Shown: positions 9,284 to 20,581, counted from the first letter of the stretch. The stretch is 64,000 nucleotides of DNA from an uncultured delta proteobacterium (GCA_963841435.1 CAWJCS010000005.1:544001-608000); one strand, 5' to 3'. The notes: a model not told the origin generated them from the letters alone. Made by a program: numbers and translations.

Positions 9284-10894
9284 CTAGCGCCGTCTCGGGG
9301 ACGACAGGAGCCAGGTGATGCCGCTCGCGGCAAGACCGACAACGAGCGTGAAGAGCGTCCAGAGCGGGCGCGCCGTGAGCAGCGCGCGCCGCTGAATCAC
9401 GACGAGCAGAAGCTGCACGAACAGCGCCGCGATGCCGTAGGCCGCGGCGCCGTAGAGAACGGTGCCCCGCAAGCGGGCCATGGTTTCTAGGCTCCGCGGC
9501 GTGCTCGGCCACACGACGCGCAAAAGATACCGGAGCCACAGCACGAGCGGCGTGACCAGGGCCGCCGCCACGCCCACGAGCGACAGCACGGCTTCCACCT
9601 GGCTGAGATCGGTCACGTCGTCGCCCGAGTAGCGGATGGCGCTCCCCACGAGCACCGATAAGCTCGCGAGCAACCACAAGAACCCGAGCGAGGTGAACAG
9701 GAGCAGCCCCGGCCGCGCCACCTGCACGCTCTGCTGCGTGCGTTCGAGTGCGTCCCTAAAGGCTTTCGGCGCGAAGCGCCGCACGGCCGTCGTCACCGCG
9801 CCGTCGGGCGTGGGCCCTGGCGGCAAGGAAGGCGGCAATGCCGACGGCCGGCTCGCGAGGTCCGGATCGAAGCCCGCGAGCTCGCGGTCTAGCTCGGCCA
9901 TGCTCTGGTAGCGGTCGCGTGGCTCCTTCGCCATGGCACGCTGCACGACGAGCTCGAGCGAAAGCGGCAGCCCGGGAAGCAAAGTCGTCGGGCGATCAGG
10001 CTCCTGCACGAGCACCGCCGTGAGCGTCGCCATGGGGTCGAGACCCTCGAAGGGCTTTCTACCCGTGAGCGCGCGGTAGAGGATCGCTCCAACGGCGTAG
10101 ACGTCGGCACGAGTGTCGACCTTGTCGCCCCGCGCCTGCTCGGGAGCCATGTAGTCGGGCGTGCCCATGACCATGCCGGTCTTGGTGAGCGACTCGCCAC
10201 CCGCCGTCGCGACCTTCGAGATGCCAAAGTCCAGGACCTTGACGTGCGTGTTCTCGAGGCGCGTCACGTCACCCGTCAAGAACACGTTCTCTGGCTTCAC
10301 GTCGCGGTGCACGACACCCTTCTCGTGTGCCGCGGTGAGTGCCTTGCAGATTTGCCGCACGATGCGCACCGCGTCGGCCGGGGCGACCTTGCCGACGCGA
10401 TCGAGATACTGGCCGAGCTCCTCGCCCGACAGGAGCTCCGCCACGATGAATGGCTGGCCGTCGTTCGTGACGTTCACGTCGTGAACGCCGAGCACGTTCG
10501 GATGCGAGATGGCGCTCGCCGCCTCGGCCTCTCGCTGGAAGCGCGTCACCACCTCGGGCTGCCGCGCCAGATCGGCATGCAGGAGCTTCACGGCGAAGCG
10601 CTTGCCCGGCAGACGCAAGTGCCGCGCCTCGTAGACGCGCCCCATCCCCCCCTCGGCGAGCAGCCGCGTCACCTCGTACGAATCGCCGAGCAGCTGCCCG
10701 ACGAGCGGATCTTCGCCCTCGGGAGCATCTTCGAGCGGCACGGCGTCGCGCGGGCACACCCGAAAGTCGCTAGGGAAACGCCCGCCGCAAATCGGGCAGC
10801 GGCGCGACTGAAGAGCGTGCGACGACGACCTCGCCGACGGCGGCGCGGGCGAGGCAGCTGCCGCGAGCGGCCCGGGGGCCGAGGGGTCCGGCAT
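9284..10894 (-). CDS. Hanks-type Ser/Thr kinase with an N-terminal CxxC..CPxD knuckle and about 4 C-terminal TM helices
   Basis: [31 protein letters not shown] and DVYAVG. Confidence 0.92.
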   Translation of the reverse strand: MPDPSAPGPLAAAASPAPPSARSSSHALQSRRCPICGGRFPSDFRVCPRDAVPLEDAPEGEDPLVGQLLGDSYEVTRLLAEGGMGRVYEARHLRLPGKRFAVKLLHADLARQPEVVTRFQREAEAASAISHPNVLGVHDVNVTNDGQPFIVAELLSGEELGQYLDRVGKVAPADAVRIVRQICKALTAAHEKGVVHRDVKPENVFLTGDVTRLENTHVKVLDFGISKVATAGGESLTKTGMVMGTPDYMAPEQARGDKVDTRADVYAVGAILYRALTGRKPFEGLDPMATLTAVLVQEPDRPTTLLPGLPLSLELVVQRAMAKEPRDRYQSMAELDRELAGFDPDLASRPSALPPSLPPGPTPDGAVTTAVRRFAPKAFRDALERTQQSVQVARPGLLLFTSLGFLWLLASLSVLVGSAIRYSGDDVTDLSQVEAVLSLVGVAAALVTPLVLWLRYLLRVVWPSTPRSLETMARLRGTVLYGAAAYGIAALFVQLLLVVIQRRALLTARPLWTLFTLVVGLAASGITWLLSSPRRR

Positions 10895-10949
10895 GGGTTC
10901 TTCATATTACCCTAGCTCACGCGGCTTCACAGCGGGGCCGCCCGGCGCC

Positions 10950-12020
10950 ATGACGAACGAGCCGTTGCTCCGCATCGACGACCTCTCGGTGAGCTTTCGT
11001 ACCGGGGCCGGAGTGGTGCGCGCCGTCAACGGCGTGAGCTTCGTCGTTTACCGCGGGGAGACGCTCGCCGTGGTCGGCGAGTCAGGCTGTGGAAAATCAG
11101 TGACGGCACTTGCCGTGCTCGGGCTCCTGCCGAGCCCTCCGGCGGAGATCACGCGCGGCTCGGTACGCTTCGAGGGTGAAGAGCTCGTCGGCGCGAGCGC
11201 CGAGCGTCTGCGCAAACTGCGCGGCAACGAGATCTCGATGATCTTCCAGGAGCCGATGACGAGCCTGAACCCAGTGTTCAGCATCGGCGATCAGATCGGC
11301 GAAGGCCTCGTGCTTCACCGCGGCCTCTCCGAGGAGCAGGCTCGAGTGGAAGCCGCACGCCTGCTCGACCTCGTGCGCATCCCCGCGCCCGAGCGCCGCC
11401 TCGACGAATACCCGCACCAGCTTTCGGGTGGCATGCGCCAGCGCGTGATGATCGCGATCGCGCTCGCCTGTCGGCCGAAGCTGCTCATCGCCGACGAGCC
11501 CACGACGGCGCTCGACGTGACCGTCCAGGCGCAAATCCTCGAGCTCTTGCTGGACCTGCAGAAAAAGCTCGAAATGGCCATCGTGCTCATCACGCACGAC
11601 CTCGGCGTCGTCGCGGAGACGGCCGAGCGCGTCGCCGTGATGTACTCGGGGCGGGTCGTCGAGAGCGCGACCACCCGCGAGCTTTTCGCGCACCCGCGCC
11701 ATCCGTACACGGCGGGGCTCTTCCTCTCGCTGCCGCGCGTCGATCGCGAGGGGGCCCCGCTCCGGCCCATCGAAGGTAGCGTGCCCGACCCGATGCATTC
11801 ACCGTCCGGCTGTCGGTTCCACCCGCGCTGCCCGTTCCAGATGCCCGTGTGCAGCGAGCGCGAGCCGCCGCTCGAGACGCGCGGCTCGTCTTCCGAAAGC
11901 ACGCACCGCTCGGCATGCTTCTACGTAGACCAGCATCCCGACGCCGATCTGGTCGCCGAGACGCTCGGCCGCGATCACGTGGCCGCCGCTGCCGCCGCTG
12001 CCGCCGCGGAGGAAGCGTGA
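10950..12020 (+). CDS. oppD: Oligopeptide/dipeptide ABC ATPase, OppD-like (copy 1)
   Basis: [44 protein letters not shown] and a C-terminal Cys cluster. Confidence 0.9.
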   Translation: MTNEPLLRIDDLSVSFRTGAGVVRAVNGVSFVVYRGETLAVVGESGCGKSVTALAVLGLLPSPPAEITRGSVRFEGEELVGASAERLRKLRGNEISMIFQEPMTSLNPVFSIGDQIGEGLVLHRGLSEEQARVEAARLLDLVRIPAPERRLDEYPHQLSGGMRQRVMIAIALACRPKLLIADEPTTALDVTVQAQILELLLDLQKKLEMAIVLITHDLGVVAETAERVAVMYSGRVVESATTRELFAHPRHPYTAGLFLSLPRVDREGAPLRPIEGSVPDPMHSPSGCRFHPRCPFQMPVCSEREPPLETRGSSSESTHRSACFYVDQHPDADLVAETLGRDHVAAAAAAAAAEEA

Positions 12021-13556
12021 GCTCGGAGCCGCTGCTCTCGGTCGAGGGGCTCACCAAACATTTTCCGGTGACGAGCGGCCTGTTCGGCAAGGTGAGCGGC
12101 TGGGTGCGCGCTGTCGACGACGTGAGCTTCGAGCTCGGGCGCGGTGAGACGCTCGGCCTGGTAGGCGAATCGGGGTCGGGCAAGACGACCGTCGGGCGCT
12201 CGCTGCTCCGGCTCATCGAGCCGACCTCGGGCCGCATCGTCTTCGACGGCACCGACGTGCGCGCCGCCGGCGCCTCGGACCTGCGCCGCCTCAGGCGCTC
12301 GATGCAGATCGTGTTCCAGGACCCGTACAGCTCGCTCAATCCGCGGCTTCGCGTGCTCGACATCGTGGGCGAGGCGCTCGAGGTGCACGGCCTGACACGG
12401 GGCGCCGAGACCGAGCGCCGCGTCGCGGAGCTGCTCGCGAAGGTGGGGCTCTCGCCGGGCTGGATCAACCGCTATCCTCACGAATTCTCCGGCGGCCAGC
12501 GGCAGCGCATCGGCGTGGCGCGCGCCATCGCGCTCGATCCGAAGCTCGTCGTGCTCGACGAGCCGGTCTCGGCGCTCGACGTGTCGATTCAAGCTCAGGT
12601 CGTGAACTTGCTCGCAGAGCTGCGCCGCGACATGGGTCTCGCCTACCTCTTCATCGCGCACGACCTCTCCGTCGTCCGGCACTTGTCGCACCGCGTCGCC
12701 GTGATGTACCTCGGCGAGCTCGTCGAGCTGGCGACGACGACGCGCCTGTTCACCGCACCGTCGCACCCGTACACGCGGGCGCTGCTTTCCGCGATCCCGA
12801 TTCCCGATCCCACCGAGCGCCGCAAGCGCCTCGTGCTCGTGGGGGACATTCCGAGCCCGCTCGACCCGCCCTCCGGCTGTCGCTTCCACACGCGCTGCCC
12901 CGCCGTCATGGAGCGCTGCAGGAGCGAGCCGCCCCCGAGCTACGAGCCCGAGCCGGGGCACCTGATCCGCTGCTTTCACGCCGAGGGGCTTTCGGGCACC
13001 GGCTACTTTGCCGAGCTCGAGAGTCGCATCGAAAGCCGACAGGAGAAGAACGCGTGTGCGGCGCCGCCATCACGCTCTGCCTCCCTCGGCGAGCTCATCG
13101 AGCCGAGCGAGCCCGTCCCGAGCCGGGCGGGCGAGGGCGATGCCGAGGCCCGCGCATCGCCACCCCGCCCGCGACGCAAGGCCCTCGCGTGGGTGAGCGA
13201 GCGGCCAGCGCGCCGCAACGCGCTCGCCATGGCGCTCGTCCTTTTGCTCATCGTCGGCACGAGCGTCTGGCGCTCGACCGTGCGCCGCGAGCGCGCCGAG
13301 CGCGTGCTCAATCGCCTCACCGCTGAAATCGTCGACCGCGAGCGCGTGACGGGCACGCTTCCCGACACGCTCGCCAATCTCGGCTGGCGCCTGCCGCCCA
13401 TCGTCGAACGGGACGAACGCCACGGATCCGTGGGGGCACTCCATCGATTTTCGGGTGCTCCCCGCGGCGCCCGCGAGCGCGCCGCGTTTCGAGGTGCGAA
13501 GCCTCGGACCCGACGGCAAACCGAGCGCCGACGACCTCGTACGACAGGGTCGCTGA
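12017..13556 (+). CDS. oppF: OppF-like ABC ATPase fused to a TM helix and a GspG-like pseudopilin domain (1-nt insertion at 13407-13408)
   Basis: GTGA overlap with opp[27 protein letters not shown] and LDEPVSALD. After the corrected shift the frame reads [10 protein letters not shown]...[17 protein letters not shown] and stops at TGA 13554-13556. Confidence 0.8.
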
Positions 13557-13580
13557 GCGTCGCGTGCCGTTCGCCGCGGA

Positions 13581-15341
13581 CTACTCGGCTTCGAACGCGC
13601 CGATATCCGGGTCGCCGTCGTCCGGGCGCGGCCGCCCGGACGCGGGCTCGACGTACTCGAACGACACGGGGTGCCCGCTCGCGGCCGAGGGCAGCGCGCC
13701 CGCCACACCGATGCACGGCGAGCCCGGAGCCAGCGAAAAGTCCTGTGCGGCGGCGTCGGCGAAGCCCGGATCGCTGCCCTCGAGGTTGCCGCCGTCGCCA
13801 ACGGAGCCGGTCAGCGTGTCGTGCGTGTCAACCCAGCCCGACGGCAAGAAATTGTCCGCGAGCGAGACGCTCCCCATCCCCGCCGAGACGGCCAATCGAT
13901 CGCCCCCCGCCGTCGCGTAAAACACGTTGTCACGCGCGTCAACGCTTTCGTCCTCGCTCGAGAGCCGAAAGAGCGTGGTGTTTCCGTTGCGCGTCGAGAC
14001 CACGGTGTTGAAGTAAAAATAGAGCGTGCCCTTGCGGTACTTCGATTCGTCACCGCCGTCGCCGCCGTAGTGCGCGATCTGACTGTTGCCGGCGCCGTCG
14101 GGCTCGAGGAGCAGATTGCCGTAGACGAACGTCTCGCGGTAGCGCGGGTCGCCGATGAGCTCGTCGTAGTCGCTCTCGACGAGGTCGAGCTGCCGGTTAC
14201 CGGATTCGATGAAATTGTAGCGAATGACGGTGCCCGCCGAGCGATCTTTGAGGTTGTTGCCGTCGCAGCCGTCGCAGAGCGGACCGTAGTGGTTGTATTC
14301 GAAGGTGATCGCCGTGCTCTCGGTGTAGCTATTGTGCTCGTAGATGCTACCGGCGTTGCCGTTGTCGTAGACGTGGTTACCCGAGATCAGCACGTTGGAC
14401 GTGCCGCTCGACGCGAAGATGCCGTTGCCGCAGCCGTGGATCTCGTTGTTCACGACGCGGATGTCGTCGCCCTCTTCGAGGTAGACGCAGGCGGCGTTGT
14501 CCGCGTACTCGGCGCTCGAGCCGCCGCTGTCCGAAAAGGAGATCCCCGGGCGCGCCGCCTGGATGTCGAGGCAGGCCACCACGACGTGCGCCGCGCCCGC
14601 GTCGGGTACGTTGGCGCCGCCGATCTTCACGATGCCGCGCTCTTCGTTCCAAAAATCGAGCACCGAGCGCGTGCGCGCCCCATCGCCCGAGATCACGGGC
14701 AACACGCCGTTTTCCGGCACACCGAGCACCACGATGGGCTCGCTCGCCGTCCCGGCGGCGTTCAGCACCCACTTGTCGGCGTAGGGCGTGGGCCGCGCGT
14801 GGATGCGCACGAGCGTGCCGGCGGCGAGCAACTCCCACGCGACGTCGGAGGGTGTCTCGACGTCGAGGCCGGGGCCCACCTCGATGACGGTCGCGAAGTC
14901 GCCGGGCTGCCACGGCGGGTCGGCGCAGCCGGGCGGCGCGGTCGCCCCGCCCCCGGTGCCCGCGCCCGCGCTCCCGCCCGACGCGGGTGCGCCACCCTCG
15001 CCCGCAGCGCCCGCCGTGCTCGTGCCGCTTGCTCCACTCCCGCCTCCGGTACCGCCGCCCGCTCCGCCGCCCGAGGCCCCACCGCCGCGCCCCGAGGCGC
15101 CGGCTCCGCCCGAGGTGCCCGCCATGGTGCCCCCGGACGCCACGGTTCCCCCGGCCGGCACGCCGCCGCCTCCCCCGGTGCCGGCACCAGCACGACCGGC
15201 GCCCGGCGCCCCACCGCTCGAGCCACCGCCCGTCTCCGACGACGAGCTACACCCAAACGCCCACCCGACGACCACGACCACGAGCACGACGGCACCACGA
15301 GCAAGCGAGCGGCGACGGACCCCGAGAACGCGACGAACCAC
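13581..15341 (-). CDS. Lipoprotein with a Gly-rich linker and a right-handed beta-helix (pectin-lyase-like) domain
   Basis: Lipobox-like AFGC, a long GG repeat linker, and Asn-ladder repeats ([30 protein letters not shown]). Start uncertain. Confidence 0.75.
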   Translation of the reverse strand: MVRRVLGVRRRSLARGAVVLVVVVVGWAFGCSSSSETGGGSSGGAPGAGRAGAGTGGGGGVPAGGTVASGGTMAGTSGGAGASGRGGGASGGGAGGGTGGGSGASGTSTAGAAGEGGAPASGGSAGAGTGGGATAPPGCADPPWQPGDFATVIEVGPGLDVETPSDVAWELLAAGTLVRIHARPTPYADKWVLNAAGTASEPIVVLGVPENGVLPVISGDGARTRSVLDFWNEERGIVKIGGANVPDAGAAHVVVACLDIQAARPGISFSDSGGSSAEYADNAACVYLEEGDDIRVVNNEIHGCGNGIFASSGTSNVLISGNHVYDNGNAGSIYEHNSYTESTAITFEYNHYGPLCDGCDGNNLKDRSAGTVIRYNFIESGNRQLDLVESDYDELIGDPRYRETFVYGNLLLEPDGAGNSQIAHYGGDGGDESKYRKGTLYFYFNTVVSTRNGNTTLFRLSSEDESVDARDNVFYATAGGDRLAVSAGMGSVSLADNFLPSGWVDTHDTLTGSVGDGGNLEGSDPGFADAAAQDFSLAPGSPCIGVAGALPSAASGHPVSFEYVEPASGRPRPDDGDPDIGAFEAE

Positions 15342-15475
15342 AATCTCGCATTTTACTCCTTCGACCCCCGGAACGCGAGAGCTCCCGTGTGAACGCGCGC
15401 TCTTTCGCGGCCCATGTCCGGCGCCGAGCACGGCACGCTGCCCCGAGGCGTGGGCTAGGCTAGGCGCGCCGAATC

Positions 15476-17494
15476 ATGTACCGGACGCTCCTCGGCATCG
15501 TCGGCGTGCTCCTCGCGGCACTGTCCGTCGCCGCGCTGACTTTCTCGACGACGCTGGATCGACCGGCGGATCTCAGGATCGTCAACGGGACCGAACCCCA
15601 GTCGCTCGATCCACAGCTCACGAGCGGCGAGCCCGAGGCGCGCGTCGAGGAGGCGCTCTTCGAGGGGCTCACACGCTTCGACCCCGAGACACTGCGGCCC
15701 GCGCCCGGCGTCGCCGAGTCGTGGGAAATCTCCGCCGACGCGACCACCTACACTTTCCACATCAGAAAGAACGCACGCTGGAGCGATGGCCGCCCCGTGA
15801 CCGCGAAAGACTTCGTCAAATCGTGGCAGCGCGTGCTCGACCCAGCGATCGGCGCGGAGGTCGCGTACATGCTGTACCCGGTCCGGCTCGCCGAGGCGCT
15901 CAACACCTTCGATGCGCATGCGGCGACGCTCCGCGGCCACGTGCTCCCGGCGCTCGCACGCCTGAAGGAGCAAGCACCCGTCGTCGCCGAGGCGTTCCAG
16001 CGCTTTCTCGTGGACGAACAGGTCGCCGATCCACTGCGCGCCGCCTCGGACGACGGGCCACACGAGCTCCTCGAGCGACGCGCGGGCAGCGTCTCGCGAC
16101 GCGAGCTCGAGGGCTTCGAACGAGAGCTCGCCGGGGCAGCCGAACGGCTCTCGAGCGCGGCTCGAGATGCGAAGCGGCGCTTCGGGCGAGACGCGGGCGT
16201 CATCGCCGTGGACGACCACACGCTCGTCGTCGAGCTCCGCGCGCCCACGCCTTACTTCCTCGAGCTCATGGCCCATCACGCGAGCTACCCGGTGCCACAC
16301 TGGCTCACCGCCGACCCCGTCGTCGGCAGCCGCTGGTTCCTCCCGGAAACGCTGGTCGGCAACGGCCCGTTTCGGCTCACGCGCTGGGTCGTCAACGATC
16401 ACATCCGTCTCGAGCGCAGCGACACGTATTGGGGCAAGGACCAGGTACGCCTCGAGCGCATCGATCTGCTCTCCACCGAGAGCCTGACGACGAACCTGAA
16501 CCTCTATCTGACGGGAGCCGCCGACTGGCTGCCGAAGTACTTTCCGCAGGAGCTTGCGCCCGTGCTGAAACAGCGCGCGGATTTCTACGGAGAGCCGGGC
16601 CTGGTCGTCTATTTTTATCGCCTCAACACGCGAAAGCCGCCGCTCGACGATCGGAGGGTACGAAAGGCGCTGAACCTCGCCATCGATCGCGATCTCATCA
16701 CGAAACAGGTGCTCGGGCTCGGGCAGCTACCGGCGACGACGTTCGTGCCCCCGGGCCTGCCCGGCTACAAGCCCCCGCCGAGCGCCATCAAGACGGACGT
16801 CGCCGAGGCCCGCCGCTTGCTCGCGCAGGCGGGCTACCCCGGGGGCAAGGGGTTCCCGCGCATCGGCGTGCTCTACAACACGAGCGAGGACCACAAGCGT
16901 CTCGCCGACGTCGTCGCGGACCAGCTCCGGCGCGCGCTCGGCATCGACATTTCCGCCTACAACCAGGAATGGCAGTCGTACCTAACGACGACGCGCGCCG
17001 GTGACTTCGAGATCGCACGCGCCGGGTGGATCGGCGATTACGTCGATCCGAACACGTTTCTCGACATGTGGGTGACGAACGGCGCCAACAACTACACGGG
17101 CTTCAGCTCGCCGCTCTACGATCGACTGATCGAGCTCGCGGGCAATCCGGCGGCGCTCGCGCGCGATCCCGAGCCCACGCTCCGAGAGGTTCGCGAGCCC
17201 GAGCCGCTTCGAAAGGCGCTCGCCGAGGCAGGGGCCGGGTCGCCGAGCGAACGCGCGGCCGCCGAGGAGCGCATCCGCATGCTGCTCTTCCGCGAGGCGG
17301 AGGCTATCCTCGTCGACGACGAATTCCCCATCATTCCCGTGTATTTCTACGTCAACGCCGGGCTCATCCGAAAGCACGTGCACGGCTTCTCGATGGCGCG
17401 CGTGCTGCCGACCGGGGAGCGCGCCATCAACTCGCAGGACCTTCACCCGTTTCGCGACCTCTGGGTGGACCGACCGAACGCGGTGGCCCCGTGA
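15476..17494 (+). CDS. oppA: Peptide ABC transporter substrate-binding protein (family 5) with two helical insertions
   Basis: EPQSLDP, LFEGL, PGVAESWE, YTFHIR..ARWSDG.PVTA.DF, VGNGPF, RVRKALNLAIDR and AGWIGDY.DP. Confidence 0.92.
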   Translation: MYRTLLGIVGVLLAALSVAALTFSTTLDRPADLRIVNGTEPQSLDPQLTSGEPEARVEEALFEGLTRFDPETLRPAPGVAESWEISADATTYTFHIRKNARWSDGRPVTAKDFVKSWQRVLDPAIGAEVAYMLYPVRLAEALNTFDAHAATLRGHVLPALARLKEQAPVVAEAFQRFLVDEQVADPLRAASDDGPHELLERRAGSVSRRELEGFERELAGAAERLSSAARDAKRRFGRDAGVIAVDDHTLVVELRAPTPYFLELMAHHASYPVPHWLTADPVVGSRWFLPETLVGNGPFRLTRWVVNDHIRLERSDTYWGKDQVRLERIDLLSTESLTTNLNLYLTGAADWLPKYFPQELAPVLKQRADFYGEPGLVVYFYRLNTRKPPLDDRRVRKALNLAIDRDLITKQVLGLGQLPATTFVPPGLPGYKPPPSAIKTDVAEARRLLAQAGYPGGKGFPRIGVLYNTSEDHKRLADVVADQLRRALGIDISAYNQEWQSYLTTTRAGDFEIARAGWIGDYVDPNTFLDMWVTNGANNYTGFSSPLYDRLIELAGNPAALARDPEPTLREVREPEPLRKALAEAGAGSPSERAAAEERIRMLLFREAEAILVDDEFPIIPVYFYVNAGLIRKHVHGFSMARVLPTGERAINSQDLHPFRDLWVDRPNAVAP

Positions 17495-18678
17495 GCGGCG
17501 GTCGAAGGCTCGCCCTCGGGCTCGTGTTGCTGACGTTCGCCGGGCTCTCGGCGCTCGTGGGGGTGCTGTCGGCGGGCGTCGTGCTGGCAGGGCTCGGTGT
17601 GCTCGCGGGCACGGCGTGGCTCGGGCCGCGTGCCGTTCGCATCACGGGCGGCCTCGCGATCGGCGTCGTCGCCTTCGGCGTCGGCCGGGCCATGGGCGGC
17701 CTGCCCGTCGGCGTGGCGCTCGCCGTCGCCGCGGGCGCGCTCGGCGGGTGGCGTGCGCCGAGCGTCGTGCTCAGGCGCGTGACCTTTCTCGTGCCGTCGC
17801 TCGTGCTGCTCGCGTTCGTGACGACGCTTCTCATGTACCACGCGCCGGGCAACCCCTTCGCCCACGAACGGGCGACGACGCCACAGATCGAGGCGGCGCT
17901 GCGCGCGCATTTCGGGGTGCCGAAGACCGCGACGGAATTCTTCGTCGTCTACATGCGCCGGTTGATCGTCGAGGGGTCGCTCGGGCCGTCGATCAAAGTG
18001 CAGGGGCGCACGGTGGAGTCGCTGCTCGCGCCGGCGCTACCCGTGAGCATCACGCTCGGCCTATTCGCGCTGTGCCTCGCCTGCGCGACGGGCCTCTTGC
18101 TCGGCGTGCGCGCCGGGTTGAAACCGCGCTCGCTGTCGGACTACGCGAGCATGGGCGTTTCGATGATCGGCCTCTCGTTGCCGAGCTTCGTCATCGGCGC
18201 GTCGCTCGTCATCGTGTTCGCGCTCGGCCTGGGCTGGCTGCCCGTGGCGGGGTGGGGCGGCTTTCGGCACCTGATCCTGCCGGCGGTCACGCTTTCCCTG
18301 CCGTACACGGCGTACATCGCGCGCCTCGCGCGCAGCGGCACCATCGAGGTCATGCAGCAAGACTTCGTGCGCACGGCGCGCGCGAAGGGTGTCCCCTCTT
18401 CGGCGATCGTGCTGAAGCACGCGCTCAAGGGGGCCATCTTGCCGGTCGTCTCGTACCTCGGGCCGGCGGCCGCCGGGATCATGACCGGTTCGTTCGTCGT
18501 CGAGACGCTGTTCTCGGTGCCCGGCATGGGGCAGTGGTTCGTGAAGGGCGCCATCAACCGCGACTACTCGCTCGTGCTCGGCACGGCGCTCGTCTACGCG
18601 AGCCTCGTCACGGTCTTCAACCTGCTCGTCAACCTCGCGTACGCATGGCTCGACCCCCGCCTCCGGACGGAGCTTTGA
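17491..18678 (+). CDS. oppB: Peptide ABC permease OppB-like with an extra N-terminal hydrophobic segment
   Basis: GTGA overlap; APGNPF, LGPS, SLPSF, DFVRTARAKG, ETLFSVPGMG, NRDY and DPRLR. Confidence 0.9.
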   Translation: MSGGRRLALGLVLLTFAGLSALVGVLSAGVVLAGLGVLAGTAWLGPRAVRITGGLAIGVVAFGVGRAMGGLPVGVALAVAAGALGGWRAPSVVLRRVTFLVPSLVLLAFVTTLLMYHAPGNPFAHERATTPQIEAALRAHFGVPKTATEFFVVYMRRLIVEGSLGPSIKVQGRTVESLLAPALPVSITLGLFALCLACATGLLLGVRAGLKPRSLSDYASMGVSMIGLSLPSFVIGASLVIVFALGLGWLPVAGWGGFRHLILPAVTLSLPYTAYIARLARSGTIEVMQQDFVRTARAKGVPSSAIVLKHALKGAILPVVSYLGPAAAGIMTGSFVVETLFSVPGMGQWFVKGAINRDYSLVLGTALVYASLVTVFNLLVNLAYAWLDPRLRTEL

Positions 18679-19559
18679 TGAACGCCCCGGCCGCCTCACG
18701 CACGGTCCCCCGAAGCCCGCGCGCCCGCGCCCTGCACAGGCTACGCAGAAACCGCTTCGCGCTGGTCGGCGCCGTGCTGCTCGCCCTGGTCGCGCTCTCC
18801 TGCTTCCTGTTGCCGGTCCTGCTCGGCCTCGACCCGCTCACCACGCACCCCGCGCTACGGCATCAGCCTCCCTCGGCCGCGCACTGGTTCGGCACCGACG
18901 GCCTCGGGCGCGACTACTTCGCCCGCGTGCTCGCCGGCGGCCAAACGTCCCTGCTCGTCGGCCTCGTCGCGACGATCACCTGCGTCGTCGTGGGCGTGCT
19001 TTACGGCGCGCTCGCGGGCTACTACGGCGGCCGCGTCGACGAGGTGATGATGCGCTTCGTCGATTTTTTGTACGGCATCCCTTACATGTTCCTCGTGATC
19101 CTCATCATGCTCCTGTTCTCGGAGTCCGCGCGGGGCGACCCGGTGCCCGTCTTCGTCGCGCTCGGGCTCGTGGAGTGGCTCACGATGGCGCGCGTCGTGC
19201 GGGGGCAGGTCATCGCGCTCCGTCGCCGCGAGTTCGTCTTGGCCGCGCGGCTACTCGGGGCGAGCGATCTGCGCGTCATCTTGCGGCACATCGTGCCGAA
19301 CGTGCTCGCCGTCGTGATGGTCTACGCAACGCTCACCGTCCCGACGGTGATCATCCTCGAATCGTTTCTGTCGTTTCTCGGGCTCGGCCTCAAGCTTTCC
19401 TGGGGCCAGCTCGTCTCCGAGGCCGTGGGGGTCGTGAACCCGCTCGCCTTCTACTGGTGGCTTCTCCTGTTTCCGAGCGGCCTGCTCGCCACGACGCTGC
19501 TCTCCCTGAACTACCTCGGCGATGGCCTGCGCGACGCCGTCGACCCACGCACCTCATGA
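18678..19559 (+). CDS. oppC: Peptide ABC permease OppC-like
   Basis: TGATG coupling; HWFGTDGLGRD, EFVLAARLLGAS, RHIVPN, ESFLSFLGLG and GDGLRDAVDP. Confidence 0.92.
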   Translation: MNAPAASRTVPRSPRARALHRLRRNRFALVGAVLLALVALSCFLLPVLLGLDPLTTHPALRHQPPSAAHWFGTDGLGRDYFARVLAGGQTSLLVGLVATITCVVVGVLYGALAGYYGGRVDEVMMRFVDFLYGIPYMFLVILIMLLFSESARGDPVPVFVALGLVEWLTMARVVRGQVIALRRREFVLAARLLGASDLRVILRHIVPNVLAVVMVYATLTVPTVIILESFLSFLGLGLKLSWGQLVSEAVGVVNPLAFYWWLLLFPSGLLATTLLSLNYLGDGLRDAVDPRTS

Positions 19560-20581
19560 GGCCCCAAAACGAAGCCGTTGGCCCCGCGCCGCCGCTGCTC
19601 GAGGTGTCGCACCTCACCACGGAGTTTTCTACCGAGGCCGGTACGGTGCGCGCGGTCGAGGACGTGAGCTTCGAGCTTTCACCCGGTGAAATGCTCGGCA
19701 TCGTCGGCGAGTCCGGCTCGGGCAAGAGCGTCACGAGCCTCAGCATCATGGGGCTCTTGCCGCCGCGCGGACGCGTCGTCCGCGGCAGCGTGCGCTTTGC
19801 GGGGCGCGAGCTCTTGGGCCTTTCCGAGCGCGAGCTCAACAGGCTGCGCGGCGGGCGCATCGCCATGATCTTCCAGGACCCGATGACCTCGCTGAACCCG
19901 TACTTGCGCGTGCGCGAGCAGCTCGAAGAGAGCGTCCACCTCCACGCCCGCGTCACTCGCGCCGAGGCTCGCGAGCGCTCACTCGCGCTGCTCGAGCGCG
20001 TGCGCATCCCCGATGCCCGGGCCCGGCTGGAAAGCTACCCGCACGAGCTCAGCGGTGGCATGCGCCAGCGGGTGATGATCGCGATGGCGCTGCTCGGCAA
20101 CCCCGACGTGCTCATCGCCGACGAGCCCACGACGGCCCTCGACGTGACGATCCAGGCGCAAATTCTCGATCTTTTGTCCGAGCTCCAGCGCGAGCGCGGC
20201 CTAGCCGTCGTGCTCATCACGCACGACCTCGGCATCGTGAAGGCCACGTGCGATCGAGCGCTCGTCTTCTACGCCGGGCGTATCGTCGAGACCGCGCCCA
20301 CCCTGGCGCTCTTCGACCGACCCCTGCACCCCTACAGCGCCGCCCTCATCCGGAGCCTGCCGCGCCTCCACGAAAAGAAACTCCCCGAGCCGATTCCCGG
20401 CCTGCCGCCACGGCTCGATCAGGAATCGTTCACGGCCTGCACCTTCCTGCCGCGCTGCCGCTACGCTCACGATGCCTGCCGGCACGGCGACCCCGAGCTC
20501 GTCGAAGCGGAGCCCGGCCGGTTGCGACGCTGCGTGCTTCCCGTCGAGCGGCTCACCGCGACGGGGCCGCCCGTCGCGTGA
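19556..20581 (+). CDS. oppD: OppD-like ABC ATPase (copy 2)
   Basis: ATGA overlap; [26 protein letters not shown] and ADEPTTALD. Confidence 0.9.
   Translation: MRPQNEAVGPAPPLLEVSHLTTEFSTEAGTVRAVEDVSFELSPGEMLGIVGESGSGKSVTSLSIMGLLPPRGRVVRGSVRFAGRELLGLSERELNRLRGGRIAMIFQDPMTSLNPYLRVREQLEESVHLHARVTRAEARERSLALLERVRIPDARARLESYPHELSGGMRQRVMIAMALLGNPDVLIADEPTTALDVTIQAQILDLLSELQRERGLAVVLITHDLGIVKATCDRALVFYAGRIVETAPTLALFDRPLHPYSAALIRSLPRLHEKKLPEPIPGLPPRLDQESFTACTFLPRCRYAHDACRHGDPELVEAEPGRLRRCVLPVERLTATGPPVA

Noticed and set aside
13409-14011. C-terminal 200 aa of the 720-aa ORF 11849..14011
   Set aside because: Out-of-frame read-through after the 13407-13408 insertion; it overlaps the convergent lipoprotein gene.
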